Positions 37,201 to 50,400 of a stretch of 64,000 nt of DNA are shown piece after piece; within the stretch, counting starts at the first letter, position 1, and every line of letters begins with the position of its first letter. Where the stretch lies: the NCBI GenBank assembly GCA_965285935.1, contig OZ260661.1, forward strand, positions 125,612,001 through 125,676,000, read 5' to 3'. Both the position numbers and the translations under genes were made by a program. The notes under the pieces were generated by a model. The model made no database searches, was not told where the DNA came from, and worked only from the letters and a program-made list of their open reading frames with translations. Source of the stretch: Ophelia neglecta (lineage: Eukaryota).

Positions 37201-38701
37201 CGTAAACGTGTAAATAGCACAGTCTCTTTGTTGATGATTCATAAGCCAGCCAAGCTTCATAACTTTCATTTTGTATTGGACTTAATATTGCTGCATTCCA
37301 TAAATTCGAAAGTTCCATTTATTAAATACACTGTAACTAAGAACTATCATCCCAATAATACCAATCTCATAATAACACAAGATCTGGAATTATCATGAAA
37401 CTACTGTGAAGGAATTTCAAACGGGAACCTTATTAAATTATAAATAACACAGTTTTCATTGCATTATATGATTGAATGAATGAGTTTATTACATACAAAA
37501 ACCAACTCACATTGTTCCATTTCTATCTCTGGGATTTCTGGGATTAAACAATGTTTAAATATTGAGTATTGACATAGGGAAACTTTAAAATGACTTAAAC
37601 TTCTTTCTATTATAGCTTTCGATTGGATTTGTAGCTTTGAGATAAGCGACGGTGCTGCCACTATGTGTAGTATGGAACAACCAACGACCGACCAGTTCGA
37701 CTGGACCCTTCGTAGAGGTAACACACCCTCAGCAGAGACGGGTCCAGAAAGTGCATACAATGGTGATTTTTATATCTACACCGAAGCCAGCAAGCCTAGA
37801 GAAACCGGAGACACAGCGGAGTATGATCTCAATAATTTCGATATTCTATTCACGGCTATATGTATTATAATATTATAAAATGAAATAAGTAAAAATACAA
37901 ATACATGCACAAATGTGTATACTTTAAGACCATTTTTTTCAGAACACAGGGTGACGAGTTAAGAATTTAAAAAAAAAAAAAATCTGTATTGATTATCATA
38001 CCTAATATATCATTGGCCTGATATTTCAGTATCTTGATTCCACAACTACAGACCACAGGTGACGTGTGTCTAGGGTTTAGATACAACATGCATGGCTACC
38101 ATTCTGGCTCGTTACAGGTATACACTCCATAATGAACGAGTTAAAATATATCGTTATCAAATGCTGAAGCTTTCCATGAATAGCGTGCCTCGAGAGATTT
38201 ATTAAAATTTACGCTGGAATAAAATTCACGCATCAGGAATGTTACTAACCTTTTCTTGGTTTCAATCACATATCCTTTGAGAAATGCGTACCTATCAAAT
38301 GCCCAGATATCATGTTTTACTATTTCGTATGAATTCTTAGGTGTTTACCAGTCTCAACGGACTGGATCGAGGTAATAGATGGGACATATCGGGCGACCAA
38401 GGACTAGCCTGGTCTGAAGAGCGAGTGACGATAGAAGAACTCCAGTTTGATGAACAGGTGGGTGACATGGATTTCGAGTTGCCCTTTCAATAAAAAAAAC
38501 ATCAATTTCTTTTAAAATAATGTGCGTAATAACTATTATTTTTTTGTGAGCAGTACGTGCAATCCAACACTTTTTTGGAAAAGTTGTACTATAAACCATG
38601 TATTTATGTTAATTCAGATAGGATTCAGGGGTGCAATAGGGACGGGCATATCCAGTGATATTGCCTTAGACGACATCCGTGTCACAAGAGGAAGATGTTA
38701 A
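31274..38701 (+). CDS. Secreted Reeler-domain + two MAM-domain protein, 554 aa, 14 coding exons
   Basis: GT-AG exons in consistent phase: 31274-31463, 31676-31788, 32383-32492, 32769-32896, 33029-33112, 33393-33543, 34419-34508, 35007-35214, 35460-35544, 36096-36107, 37616-37820, 38030-38117, 38341-38457, 38618-38701 (total 1665 nt). Signal peptide. Reeler motifs GAP..C..MQPRH, FKGLVLQAR, AVTHSS, WTPP, EFVATI. S/T/P linker. MAM motifs FDWT...TPS..TGP, Y...EAS, CL.F.YNM.G, W..SGDQ...W, DIA.DD...G.C, each present twice. Confidence 0.9.
35585..35973. mobile_element. MITE with ~31-bp terminal inverted repeats in intron 9 of the Reeler-MAM gene
   Basis: Left TATTATACCAGCCACATAAAGTCTGGAGACT versus the reverse complement of the right end TATTATGCCAGCGGACTAAAGTCTGGAGACT. 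No ORF inside. Confidence 0.75.
36096..36107 (+). CDS. 12-nt symmetric (phase 1-1) microexon between MAM1 and MAM2
   Basis: actaat...atttcag|CCATACCCGAGC|gtaagt, encoding PIPE in frame. Confidence 0.75.
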
Positions 38702-41700
38702 CCCATGCACTGGAATTATAAGTACCTTACATAACCAACACTAACAGCCACTTCCATACTGAAACGGGCACATATTATTCTCATTGCAGAATTATACATA
38801 TTAACGAAACATTTCGTATCATAAGGCGCATAAAAACACTTAGTCCTTTCCTTATCATTTTTATTACAATACCGTCATCAGTTGTCACACTAGGTTGCCA
38901 ATGTTGCCAATTAGTGTAGATTTGTACAGACACATTCACTCGTAGTTAAAATCTTGCCATGTGTCAGATGCAATGAATTACATTAGTTTAACACATACTG
39001 TTAAATAGCGGAGCTCTTTCAATTTCTAATAATTTTGCAATTCTTGTTGTTTGTAGATACGTAAATTTTTGTATCGTAGTATTGAACATCATAATACATA
39101 TATTTTTTTCCCAAATATAAACTGACGAAGAGTTGATGATTCATTGCAAATGTATAAAGTGTCTAGATCTCTATCATCGTCCTTCATGTGATTGTCACTT
39201 TCTTTCCAGAAACCGTCAAGCTTAATATAACAACTATTATTTTACACTGTTTGTGATGTCTTAAGTTTAGCTATATATTTTTTTCCACAAAGAAATATAA
39301 ACTAATGTGTAAACTGTATGAACATAAATCATTCTGATAAATTAAAGAGTATACTCAAATACTACGTACATCAGACTGGAATAAACCGTGAACTTTATCA
39401 CATTATGTTTAATTCATTGCACCACCGTTCATCTGTTACCATAATAACATATTCGTTGCATGATCGATTCACGTTTTTCTGACGCCTTAGAAGTAAATTT
39501 GTAGGTTGAGAGTGCTTTTCTATGAATGTTCCTCATGAACTCACATTGACATCAATTCTGAAAAGGAATTTGGTCGCACAATTGATATCCAATTAAATAA
39601 CACCAGACTACCCTGTGACAATTTACACCTGGGACCATTTCCGATGGTTAACCGTTTCTTCAAGGACCATACAGTGCTCTTAAAAGATCACTCCACCCCT
39701 CCATCCCTCCAAAAGCCTATTTTCTTTCTGGCATTAGTGCTAAGTATCATATATATGGGAATTTAGATTTCGGTCAATATGTAAATGGCCTGTCTACTCT
39801 GTCAGTTTAGGCCAATTTTATTTTATTCAACCATTTCGATTAGGGCATTTTTAATCTGGATGGGACATTCGGGTTTAATTCATCAACAATTGAGGCATAA
39901 CTAAAAAAAACACTTAACACAAGAGCGTTTAAAATTCTCAGGAAAGTTGCGAGGAATGTTGTTATGATAAAGCCCGCACGAATCTTGCACAAATATGTCA
40001 AATTAGCCCTCCTAGCAGTTAACTTGACCAATTCAGAAAATTGTTATTGTTTTCACAAAACTATGACGTATTATTATTGTGCCATTTTTGCACTTGTGTG
40101 ACCATATGAAAGTGACGTTTAGCCAACATTTTTAAAACTGAACGATACGGCTGAAACAGACTGGAGATATTTTGATTAGGAGTACCGTCATACTCAATGG
40201 CTCTAAAGTCAAACACTAAGACATGCATTCGATTCCAGTTCCGATTGTACGGGGGGTCGGGTTGGGGGAACAGGAGGGGCAGGATGGTAATGAAGATCAA
40301 TTATCAAAATTTTAAAAGAAAAAAATAGGGATTCACAGAATAAAAGACACGATTACGCGGGTAATCACATTATGTGTAATTGGGGGATAGGGTAGTAGAC
40401 AAAAGAAATTCCTAGTATAATATATACGTTTATTTCCTACGCTTAGATGCATAGTTATTTATTGGTTCTAAAATTCTTACAAAAAAAAATTGAACATTAA
40501 AGAACGCATGAACATTTGGTCAAGAAGCAAAATTAAAAGTGACTCAGTAAGTGTGGACGCACATTTTGTCTCTGGTTATCAAATTCGATCCGAACCTATT
40601 TCCGTCAATTTGGCTAATGAAGCACTAAACTGTGTAAATTCCTTGCGAGAAATCCAAGAGAGACACGATTGCCAGTAGAATGACTATGAAACGAAATAAT
40701 ATAGCAGAAAATGACCATATTATGTTAATATGTCATGTTGGCCACATATAACATTTCAAATTAACTTAATTTGATTAAAAAGGCAATAATAATTTTACCA
40801 GGAATGGACAAAAAACGCATTAATTGAGTTTGCTCTATTCCCGTAGCAAACTTTCTTGTAGCAAATAGTTCGGCAATACTTAGAAACCGTATTTTTTCAC
40901 ACAACTTTTGCGAAGACACGACATCGAAGCTTAACACACTATACAAAATCAATGTAAAAGCAAAACAGTCTCCCTGGTGGACCACCTTAGCGATCTTAAC
41001 CTGAAAATAAAACAACGAATATCATATTAAATACCTTGATTTACATTCTCGTTGCATTATTTAAAGCAATATATGCAGGACCTTGGCGAAATTCCCAAGA
41101 ATGATTTGAAATATATTTTATCTGTAAATGCCTTGTTAGCAGAAATGTTTATACCAATCACGTTGTAAAGGGTGGTTCTTTAGCTGCATCGGGAGTACTG
41201 TGTTCGATCCGCTATCTACAACATTCAAATTCATTACCTTGTTGAGACCAAGTTTTTTTTCATCGCCACAAACAGTCTTTCTATAGACGAGATGACATCG
41301 ACCCGGACCTTTTAGACGAAACAGTTCAATGTATAAAGCACGTCCTGTTTTTTTAGCATAGATCTCCCTCGAATCCTACTGACCAAAGAATAACTCCATG
41401 TATGATACTATATTTTCAGGGTGTTTCTTGGGGAAATGTACATGTTTCAGTATAGATTTCAACAGATTCGGGTTATAGATGAAAGGTTTCGAGGTTTTTA
41501 TAAATAACAGTGAAAACAGTGGTCTATGTGATTGTATTGGTGGTGGTGGAGAGGGGGGGGGAGAGGTACAGCAATGCTTTGACTAGGTGAAAAGAACGAA
41601 ACAATAATTTTATGCTGGAATACCCATGATAATAACATCCTTGACGTGTAACAATTGAAGTAACAATCCCCATGCACTTGTTGACAGAGTGTTCCATCAC

Positions 41701-43926
41701 GCAATAGGAATTTTTCTGAATTCAAACTTTGCTTATTCTACCAATATAGTGTGGAGGGCTGTTCGAATATGCACATTTTGAACTCAATGAAATACCCGGG
41801 TGCAGATTAGTCTTTGTTCTGTTATTGAACACTCTCAATAACTCAAACACACGTAACTTTTAATGTAGTACCAAACTATGCATAGAAATTATTAAAAGCA
41901 TTAGACAAAACATCCCAATCAGACACTTTCTTTCCATTAATAATGAATTTAAGTTAACACTGTTTACTGATGATTTAGACCTATAAAAAATAAATTTAGA
42001 CTTATAAAAAAATAAAAGACCAAATTTGCGCAAATTCTATTTACTTTCCTGGAATAATAAGCCGCAATGAGACCTTTCTCTTCTACCTGTTCATAGTATA
42101 AAGTAGGTTGATTGAGAAACTTTGTATGCGATTCAAGTTTAATAGATATGGATTTGCGCAAGCCTTCAGTGAGCCATGGTTGACCCGTTTTATATCCACA
42201 TTAAATACGTTATATATGTAAACAATTATTGTAACTTATAATTATGGAAGAGAGACAAAGGGCTTCAACCAACCAGCTGAGTGGTTGATAGGGGTGGGAG
42301 TACAGAGCTGGTACTTAAAGAGTTCATTTTTCCGCATTGGGGCGGAAGGGGAGGCGGCAAATCAGGGGGGCCAGAATTCGTTGCATCGCAAATTGATTTG
42401 CTACAAGTTTTTGTACATGTGTTTGCTTAATTAAAAAGTGCCGCCTAGCATATTAACCCATTAACTTTTCTCATTAATATGGTTTTGCATAATTTCGAGT
42501 TATCTGTACAAAGGATAAATGCGTAATAGCAAAACTGGGTAACCCAGTATTTAATATTCGCAATTGAAGAGGGAGCCAAAGAGAGCATTTCGTTTTTATA
42601 GGTGGGTTGGTGAAATTTTGTCACTTATCACTTAACGTTAGCCGCTGATGAATAATAAACGCTCTTTCAATGACAGCCCCCTAAAAAATCAATTGAAATG
42701 TTTTTTACTTGTTTGTTTAACAAGTTACAAAGACCTTTAAGGGGCAATTATTTTCACTTTGGCTACAATCAACACAATAGAGCAACTTTTTGTCGCAAGC
42801 CTGCACGATGTTCAGAGATAAACAAATGCTGTCACAGAAAGAGGGTACAAGGCTGTAGACAACATCTAAAAAAAGTCCCGGCTATTAATGGAAAAGTTAA
42901 TAATTTTTCAAATATCGTTTCATTTGTAATACATCTAATGGAGGATTGAGCATGATTCCGACATGTAGAAAAGCCGTAACGATTCCTATCTGGGATGCAT
43001 TCGTTATTGACGTGTGTTTTAGGATTGTAACGGTTTGCCAAAATTAATGTAATTAACATTTTACCATGATATAACAATAAACGTATGAGACAATTTATTC
43101 TCCAAAATAGCAAATATTGTTGAAGGTTAAGAAACGACAGGTTACGACAGCCGGCAGACAACGAAAGGTCAAAGAGACCTTATACCATGACTTAGCGTGC
43201 TGGGGACTTTGACAGGAATATTCAGGAGCCTCACGACCGCTGTACTTTAATTGAAAGTTCAATTAGCAACAATAAACCGAAGCCTTTCAATAGAAGTCAG
43301 TCTTCTTTATTCTTATAATTAGTTTCTATCAATCACATAAAATCTATTTTTTTATTTATAAACTAGCCAATACATTTCATAGATTTAAACGTTACTACTT
43401 ATTGGATTTAAATATCGCCGCCAATACGACTTAGACTTTAGACATTTAGACTCTGATTAATTAACATCCAACAGCATCTTCTAACTTTTCAGAGACAGAT
43501 TCTTGCCGTCTTCAAATGATCGACCTGCAAATACACGGAACAGTTTTATACTTAAGTTTATTTTTAGCGATAAAAATTGGATCGTATTCAAAACACATGT
43601 ACGCCTTGTAGGTTATCAAAAATGTTAGAATAATCAACATATCATTACGACAGACTGATTCGTAATAAGCGTAGCATGTTCTAAGTAGCATTGTGTGACT
43701 GCACACAAGAAAAGTGCTCATGCTACATTTCGTTACAAGCCACACATTCTACACGCAATAATCATGGCTCTGCGGTCGAACAAAACTGAAATAAAAACCA
43801 AAGCATGTATCTGATCTAATAGCCTATGATGTGAGGTTTACTCTGTGGGCAATGGATAACCGGGACATTTAGGACATAGATTTCACATAAGTGTCCCGAG
43901 GTACCTCAGATGAGGTTTCCATTTAC

Positions 43927-44711
43927 CTAAATCAGGAATCCAGAGAACGAAGTCCAACGTTCCCTAAGAGTAACCGGTCCATACCAATAGCCTTTGAGAT
44001 AGACGTGCTCTCCTCTGGTACATTTTATGGCTACGGTTTCACTGTCAGTTTTAAATTTTCCTTGGGCTCCGTCAATGAATAATTCCATTATAACATTCCT
44101 ACCCTTCATCACCTTGAACTGTGTTAAACAATCCAAATTCATTAGATTGCTGTGGTAAAAGTTTATAAAGCTACATTGTTCATGGATTATACACTAACAT
44201 GTTAGTACCTGATCCAGCAATAAACAAACACAGCCATGTAATGATGAACCCTGTCTTTCAAGCTGTACCTACCTCCTTCCGTGCGTTAGTTCCGGTCATG
44301 AGGTGGACACTAAAGGAGTAGATACCTGTGAGAGGACACACGAAATGACCTGTAGACGGGCTGTAACCATACGGACTTGGATTGCCACCATTCTCGTTAA
44401 CGAGCACTTTTGAGAATCGCACTGTTGCTTCCCGGGCTATGGAGGTTTGCTGACTCAGTTTTGCATGAAAAGCTTTAAAATAACATTTAGGCAATGTTGT
44501 ACTTATCTCAAATGAAAAATAGTGTTAATGACAGTTAACATGATGAGAAAAAGTGTAACTATTTAAAGTAGGTTTTTGACGGAAGAAACGGAATAACAAT
44601 TCATGTGACAACAAACTAGACAGAGAAATGCAACTGACCAATCTGAGTGGCTGTTACGCAGCTGGTAATGGCTAGCACAAACCAAAAGACAAGAAACAAG
44701 CCTTTTATCAT
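43927..44711 (-). CDS. Secreted globular-head-only C1q-domain protein (sghC1q/cerebellin-like), 154 aa
   Basis: Exons 44711-44639 (signal peptide MIKGLFLVFWFVLAITSCVTA), 44472-44273 and 44118-43927, in consistent phase. C1q motifs AFHAKL, VRFSKVLVN, Y.PSTGHFVCPLTGIYSFSVH, GEHVYL, TSFSGFLI*. Confidence 0.92.
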
Positions 44712-46665
44712 TGAGCTTTGCTTTTTATGTAACTTGATCTATCGTTGTACGATGTTTTTCTGATCCCTCCGATTCGTGTCTCACTGTATTGTTTGAGCAA
44801 TACACAAGGATTAATTGATTTCATTAAGTCGAGTATGCATCCATTAAATTGTATTATTATGAAATTCAGAGTTAAATGTAACGCAAGGGACCAGTGTGTT
44901 ATTCCATAGTATGATTAGTGTTTATAAGAGCGGGTATTTTAGTTATGATTGATTTCGAAAAATATTTATCGATTTATGTAACTATTTAATAACTGAACAT
45001 GGTATCGCCCTTGATGAAAAACACTATTCTGATATTTCCTCTGAGGACCGGCGACTTAACAGAAATATCAATGCTAAACTCATGTGAGGGGTTGTGCAAG
45101 AACAAATGAATGACAAATCAGGCATAATCTATTAAATGGTGTCAACATATTCAGAAATTCAATATGAATTCAGAAGGCCCACAAAAAACATTTCCAAGTT
45201 CCTTAGATATCAATAAGCTTGTAACGAAAATTATTAATAAAAAGCTCACTATGAATGAAAGCTTTAAGTGAATTCATGCATTCGATCAGGAGTATCAATT
45301 GGTATTCTAACTAATAACACATTCTATAGAAAATGATATGCACACGTTTTTATAAAATTGAAACAACCAGTCAAAATAGGTGTAAATAGCTAGAAATGCT
45401 TCGGCAAAGAGTTAAATATCTCAAACTATACGAACCAATTGGCTGCGGGTTCTTTGGTTACAAAATCCGCCAGAAATACGGAAAAGGCCGAGCCTTTTAC
45501 AATTTGACTGCAGCTTAACATGCGTTCTACGTAAATGTGTGTGTCTCTAAAATGGGAATACAGTAAGTTGTTTACCGTAATTAGACAATAATATACCTTA
45601 CTGGATCATTTATAAGATCCTAATTCAATTTAATTGCTTTATTCCCCCATCATTTACTACAGTTCTACTCATAAACATGCATAAAATGTCAACTTTTAAG
45701 ATTGAAATAAACATGAACATTTAGCGATTTCTGAAGGGTTATATATGTTAGCGTGGTGGTTTTTAGTGAGTGTAAACAGAAGAGAGATAAATCACATAGT
45801 ATAGTTTTATCATGACCATCTGATAGATACCTGTAAACGGATACACTGTCCCCTGAACAGATAATCCCACGGACAATTGATCTCAGGGATAAAATGTCAG
45901 TAGGCCATTAGTAACCGTGGGAAATACTCTTCCTATAAATAAAATATCCTTCCCATTCCAGGTAGACATTATATCTGTTGCCAAAGAAAATGTCCTCGGA
46001 CGGTAAGAACGTGGACAGTATATTTGGCCTCATCAGTAATAGTATAAATTTCCCTAAAATACTATGTCCGCCAGACAGTTCACACTGGGACAAGATATCC
46101 AAAGACAACCCTTCCGTATTGTCATTATCCTAGGACATTATAAAATGGATGTTCGTACTAGCCCATGGACAAACGTTTCTTACTAGGAATAGCTGTGATA
46201 GATCATTTGACCTTACCAGAATACTACTAAGAGGCCCAGATACCATTAAATAAACGGGTGTCGTCTTCTCGGTAGGGCAACGGTCAGAGCGTTCAAGTAC
46301 AAGTGAGGGATATCAATATATTAGGGGTATGCTCCTTAAAAGTATTATATTTTTTACTTTTAATGACTGAACAGCCTTATACTAGACTTATACTATGACA
46401 TACAATCGCGATCTAAAGTGTCAGTTGGAAAGGCCAGACGAATATTTTATTGTTTGCATGAGAAATGGTTGTTTTATGTCGACTATAGATGACAACGAAA
46501 TATTCTGTCAGATAATCGAAGGCGATGAAGTTGTAGAAAAGTGAAACACCGTCCTAAAGACGGGGCTTAAGGCCAACTGACACTGTACCTATCTCTAGCA
46601 TTGGAGGGCGATTGGAGATGATGGGCGGCAATGGAAGGCGGTTGAGGGGGATGGAAAGGGGGTAG

Positions 46666-46854
46666 TGTTCTGATGTACCAATGGTGAGTATTAATGTAAG
46701 ACAAACACGCCGACTTACAAAGGCAACTGCCATACTATTTATTCAGGTCACACACAATCAGAACCCACTTACGGCAACGGTAATATGGTAAGTGTTAATG
46801 TCGCAAAAGGGATACTACTCCGGTAAGTCCTGAAGTAGTGAGGACATCACTACA
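46666..46854 (-). repeat. 3' LTR
   Basis: Identical to 51084-51272 except one base (46842 G vs 51260 T). AATAAA on the minus strand. Confidence 0.97.
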
Positions 46855-46870
46855 TCTGTCCTTTTTTTCT
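46855..46870 (-). promoter_or_regulatory. Polypurine tract
   Basis: Minus strand AGAAAAAAAGGACAGA immediately 5' of the 3' LTR. Confidence 0.85.
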
Positions 46871-47088
46871 TAAACCAAACAGTTCAGTCTCTTTAAAGGA
46901 TAACAATGTCCAATCAGTTTACCGATACTTAATATGAGAAGATTTATAAATTTATAAATTGCAATCTTAATAATCATAACGAAATTTCCTTGAGAGGAGA
47001 GGTCCTAGTACTTCACTCTCAGTGACTAGCCTTTACCGCTAGCTCCCTAACACATATTACTATCACGATTAAACAAATTTTAATATAA

Positions 47089-47490
47089 CTACACAACGTA
47101 ATCCTGGTACTTGATTGGCATCTTCCTGTCGCGAGATGGTCTTGTAATTTGAACCGGTGACATTTTCTCAGTTTTGTCACCGGAACCCGTCACATTACCG
47201 GTATCCTCCTCATGAGAAACATCAGGTGCTTGAAACTCTGCCTGTTGGTTAGGGAGTGGCCGAGATGCGAACTGAGGGGCCCTGGTCGACTTGGCAAGAG
47301 GAGGTGTGCCTGGCAGAAGACGCTTGAAAAATGATGCATTTCTGGTAATAGTAAAGTCTTCATTCCCTGCAGTTATCATAGAGCCTTTCTTAGTCTGTAT
47401 TTCTAAATGTTCTGGATTATATGGCAAACTCGCTGTGTTTTGTTTTGGCTGTTTTACGAGCACTTTATCACCCTCGCAGAGGTATTTTCT
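47089..47490 (-). pseudogene. Frameshifted C-terminal part of the integrase
   Basis: The shifted frame reads LCEGDKVLVKQPKQN...KGSMITA...RNASFFK...RPSRDRKMPIKYQDYV*, the usual Mag-type integrase tail. Confidence 0.8.
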
Positions 47491-50400
47491 GTCTCTGAGG
47501 GATTGATATTTCAGGAAGCTGAGTTTTCAATTTTCTCCCATTTAATGCCTCTGCTGGTGAAATGTGCGTACTACAATGTGGCGTTGCTCTGTACTGACGA
47601 AGGGACTTGTAAAGCTCTTGTTTCCAACTTTTACCTGTAGCAGCTGCGATACGTAATGTTTTTGCAATATTTCTCATGAACTGTTCAGCCTCACCATTCG
47701 CCTGAGGCCATAATGGAGTAACTTTCCGGTGTGAAAAACCCAAATAATCTGCAAACTGACTTAATTCTCTGCCATTGAACGGGGGACCATTATCCGTTTT
47801 TACTATGAATGGTATTCCCTGTCTGGCAAATATAGCATCCAACTTCGGTATTGCCGCTTTGGCCGACGTAGTGGTAACAACCTCCACCTCCGGAAACCTG
47901 CTAAAGTCATCAATCACAACAAGCAAATATTCCCCTGAAGGCAGTGGCCCTTTAAAATCCACAGACACCTCCCTCCATGGGCCTTCTGGTAAAGGGGTGG
48001 GTTTTATTGGCTCAGGCGGCTGTCTGACATAAGTTGCCACCTGACATGGACTGCACTGTTTCACAAGTGTCTCTACCCCTTTATCGATTCCAGGGAACCA
48101 AACTTTTTCTCTCAGGAGTGCTTTTGTCTTTGCTATTCCCTGGTGACCAATATGAGCAAGATCTATAGCTTCCTGTTGAAGTGACGTGGGCATAATCAGC
48201 CGATTTCCTCTCAAAACTACTCCTTTGTATATAGCTAGCTCATCTCTTACAAACTTGTAAGGCCTCAACTCTTCATCTTCATCACTCCACTGTCCTGTCT
48301 CTACATATTTGACCAACTTCATCATACAACTGTCATGCACAGTTTCTGCCTGGATCCTGGATAAAGTCATTGCCTTCGGAACAGCATTTTCACAAACGTA
48401 TCTGATATATTCTTCTGCTTCGTCACAAATTTCCTTGTTTTCTGGGTGTCTGCTCAAAAAATCAGCAGGATTTGCAGCACCTCTTCCTGGTCTATAAATC
48501 AGTTTGTATTCATAAGGCATGAGTCTTAACCTCCATCGCTCTATTCTTGCTGACATTGGCTTCTGGCTATTGAAAATGCTTAACAGTGGCTTGTGGTCAG
48601 TGTTTATCTCAAAAAGTGCTCCATACAGGTATAAATGGAAATGTTCCACTCCCCATACCACAGCCAGCATCTCTTTTTCTACTTGAGAGTACCGACTCTC
48701 AACATCAGATATTGCTCTGCTAGCATAACTGACAACCTTGTCACCCTGACTCAAAATTGCCCCAAGTCCGTTTGGTCCAGCATCCACAAACAACTTGCTA
48801 TATTTCTTTTGATCAAAATAGTCAACTACATTTGCGCCAATTAGGCGTTCTTTCAAACAGCTGAACGCCTCCTCCTGCTGTGTTTCCCATTCCCACGGAT
48901 GATCTTGGTGTGTGAGACATCTTAGCGGAGCTGTAATATCTGCGAAGCCCGGAATGAACATGCTAAAATGTTGAGCCATGCCAAGCAGAGACCTCACCTC
49001 ACTGGCATCTTTTGGGCTCTGGAAGTGGACAATAGCATTCACCTTTTTCGGATCTGGCCCAATCCCATTTTCATTCCAAATGTAACCATAGAATGACACT
49101 TCTCGCTGGGCAAACTTGCACTTTTCCCTATTTAGCTTTGCATTGTTCTGCCTGAGCCTCTCAAGAACTCCGCGCAGATTGGCATCATGATCATGATCAT
49201 CTTTACCATATACAATAATGTCATCTGAAATGTTTTTGCATCCAGGCAGCCCACTGAGCAGTTGTGCTATCAAATCTTGGAAGTTTTCAGGGGCAGCGCT
49301 GATTCCAAACATTAACCTAGTATAACGTCGAAGTCCCACATGAGTACTGAATGTAGTAATATACCTGCTTTCTGGTGCCAGTTCCACCTGGTGGTATCCT
49401 GCAGACATGTCCAACACACTAAATACTTTTGCCCCATTTAAATCAGACACCAGTTCCGCGATGGTGGGCATTATATGTTTTTCTCTTTGAACGGCTTTAT
49501 TTGCTTCCCGCATATCGACACAAATGCGCACTTGTCCATTTTTTTTCGGGACAACTACTATTGGACTCACCCAAGGGGTAGGGCCTTCCACTTTTTCTAT
49601 TATTCCCTGATCTTCCAAACGTAAAAGTTCATTTTCTACATCTTTCCGAATATGAAATGGAATTCTCCTGTGCTTTTGCCTCTTTGGCATAACTTGTTCA
49701 TCAATATGAAGTTTAAGGCTGATATCTTTCAATTTTCCAACCCCATCAAATACATCCGTAAACTCATCTGCTATATTTTCTGAAGCTACTCGATACACTC
49801 CAGGCATCTTGATTTCTAAGATTCCCAGTTCTAATGCTGTCTTTCTACCAAGCAGAGCCTCTCCATCACCATCGATAACCACTACCTCAGCCTCGGTTTT
49901 CCGGTCAGAGACCTCACATGTGGCAGTAAATGTTCCCAAGGAAGGTAAAGGTATCTTGGATCCATATGAATACAACTTTTTCTTAGCAGTTGTTGTCTTA
50001 CATTTAACTTGCTTCATCTTTAACTTTTCCCACAAATTCTTGTCAATTATATTTGTGCTTGAACCGGAATCGACAAGCATTTTCACACTCACTCCTCCAA
50101 GAACCAAATTGATGTAGTCAGCAGTACTAGCATTAATACAAAAAGTGTACTCTTTATCCTCGTTCAGGTTATCTGGTTTCATAGTACATTCGTGACGCCC
50201 TTCCTGAGCAAAATTCACCTGCAGCTTATCCGGTTGTTTACATCGTATAGCGAAATGTCCAACGGCCTGGCATTTTGCACATTTCCGATCTATAGCTGGG
50301 CAACTCGGGTCATTTGCTTTATGGCCATCTCTTCCACAGCGGAAACAAGTAATTTTCCATCTTTCTGGCCCCTGAGGACGTTTAAAACCTTGCTCTGGTC

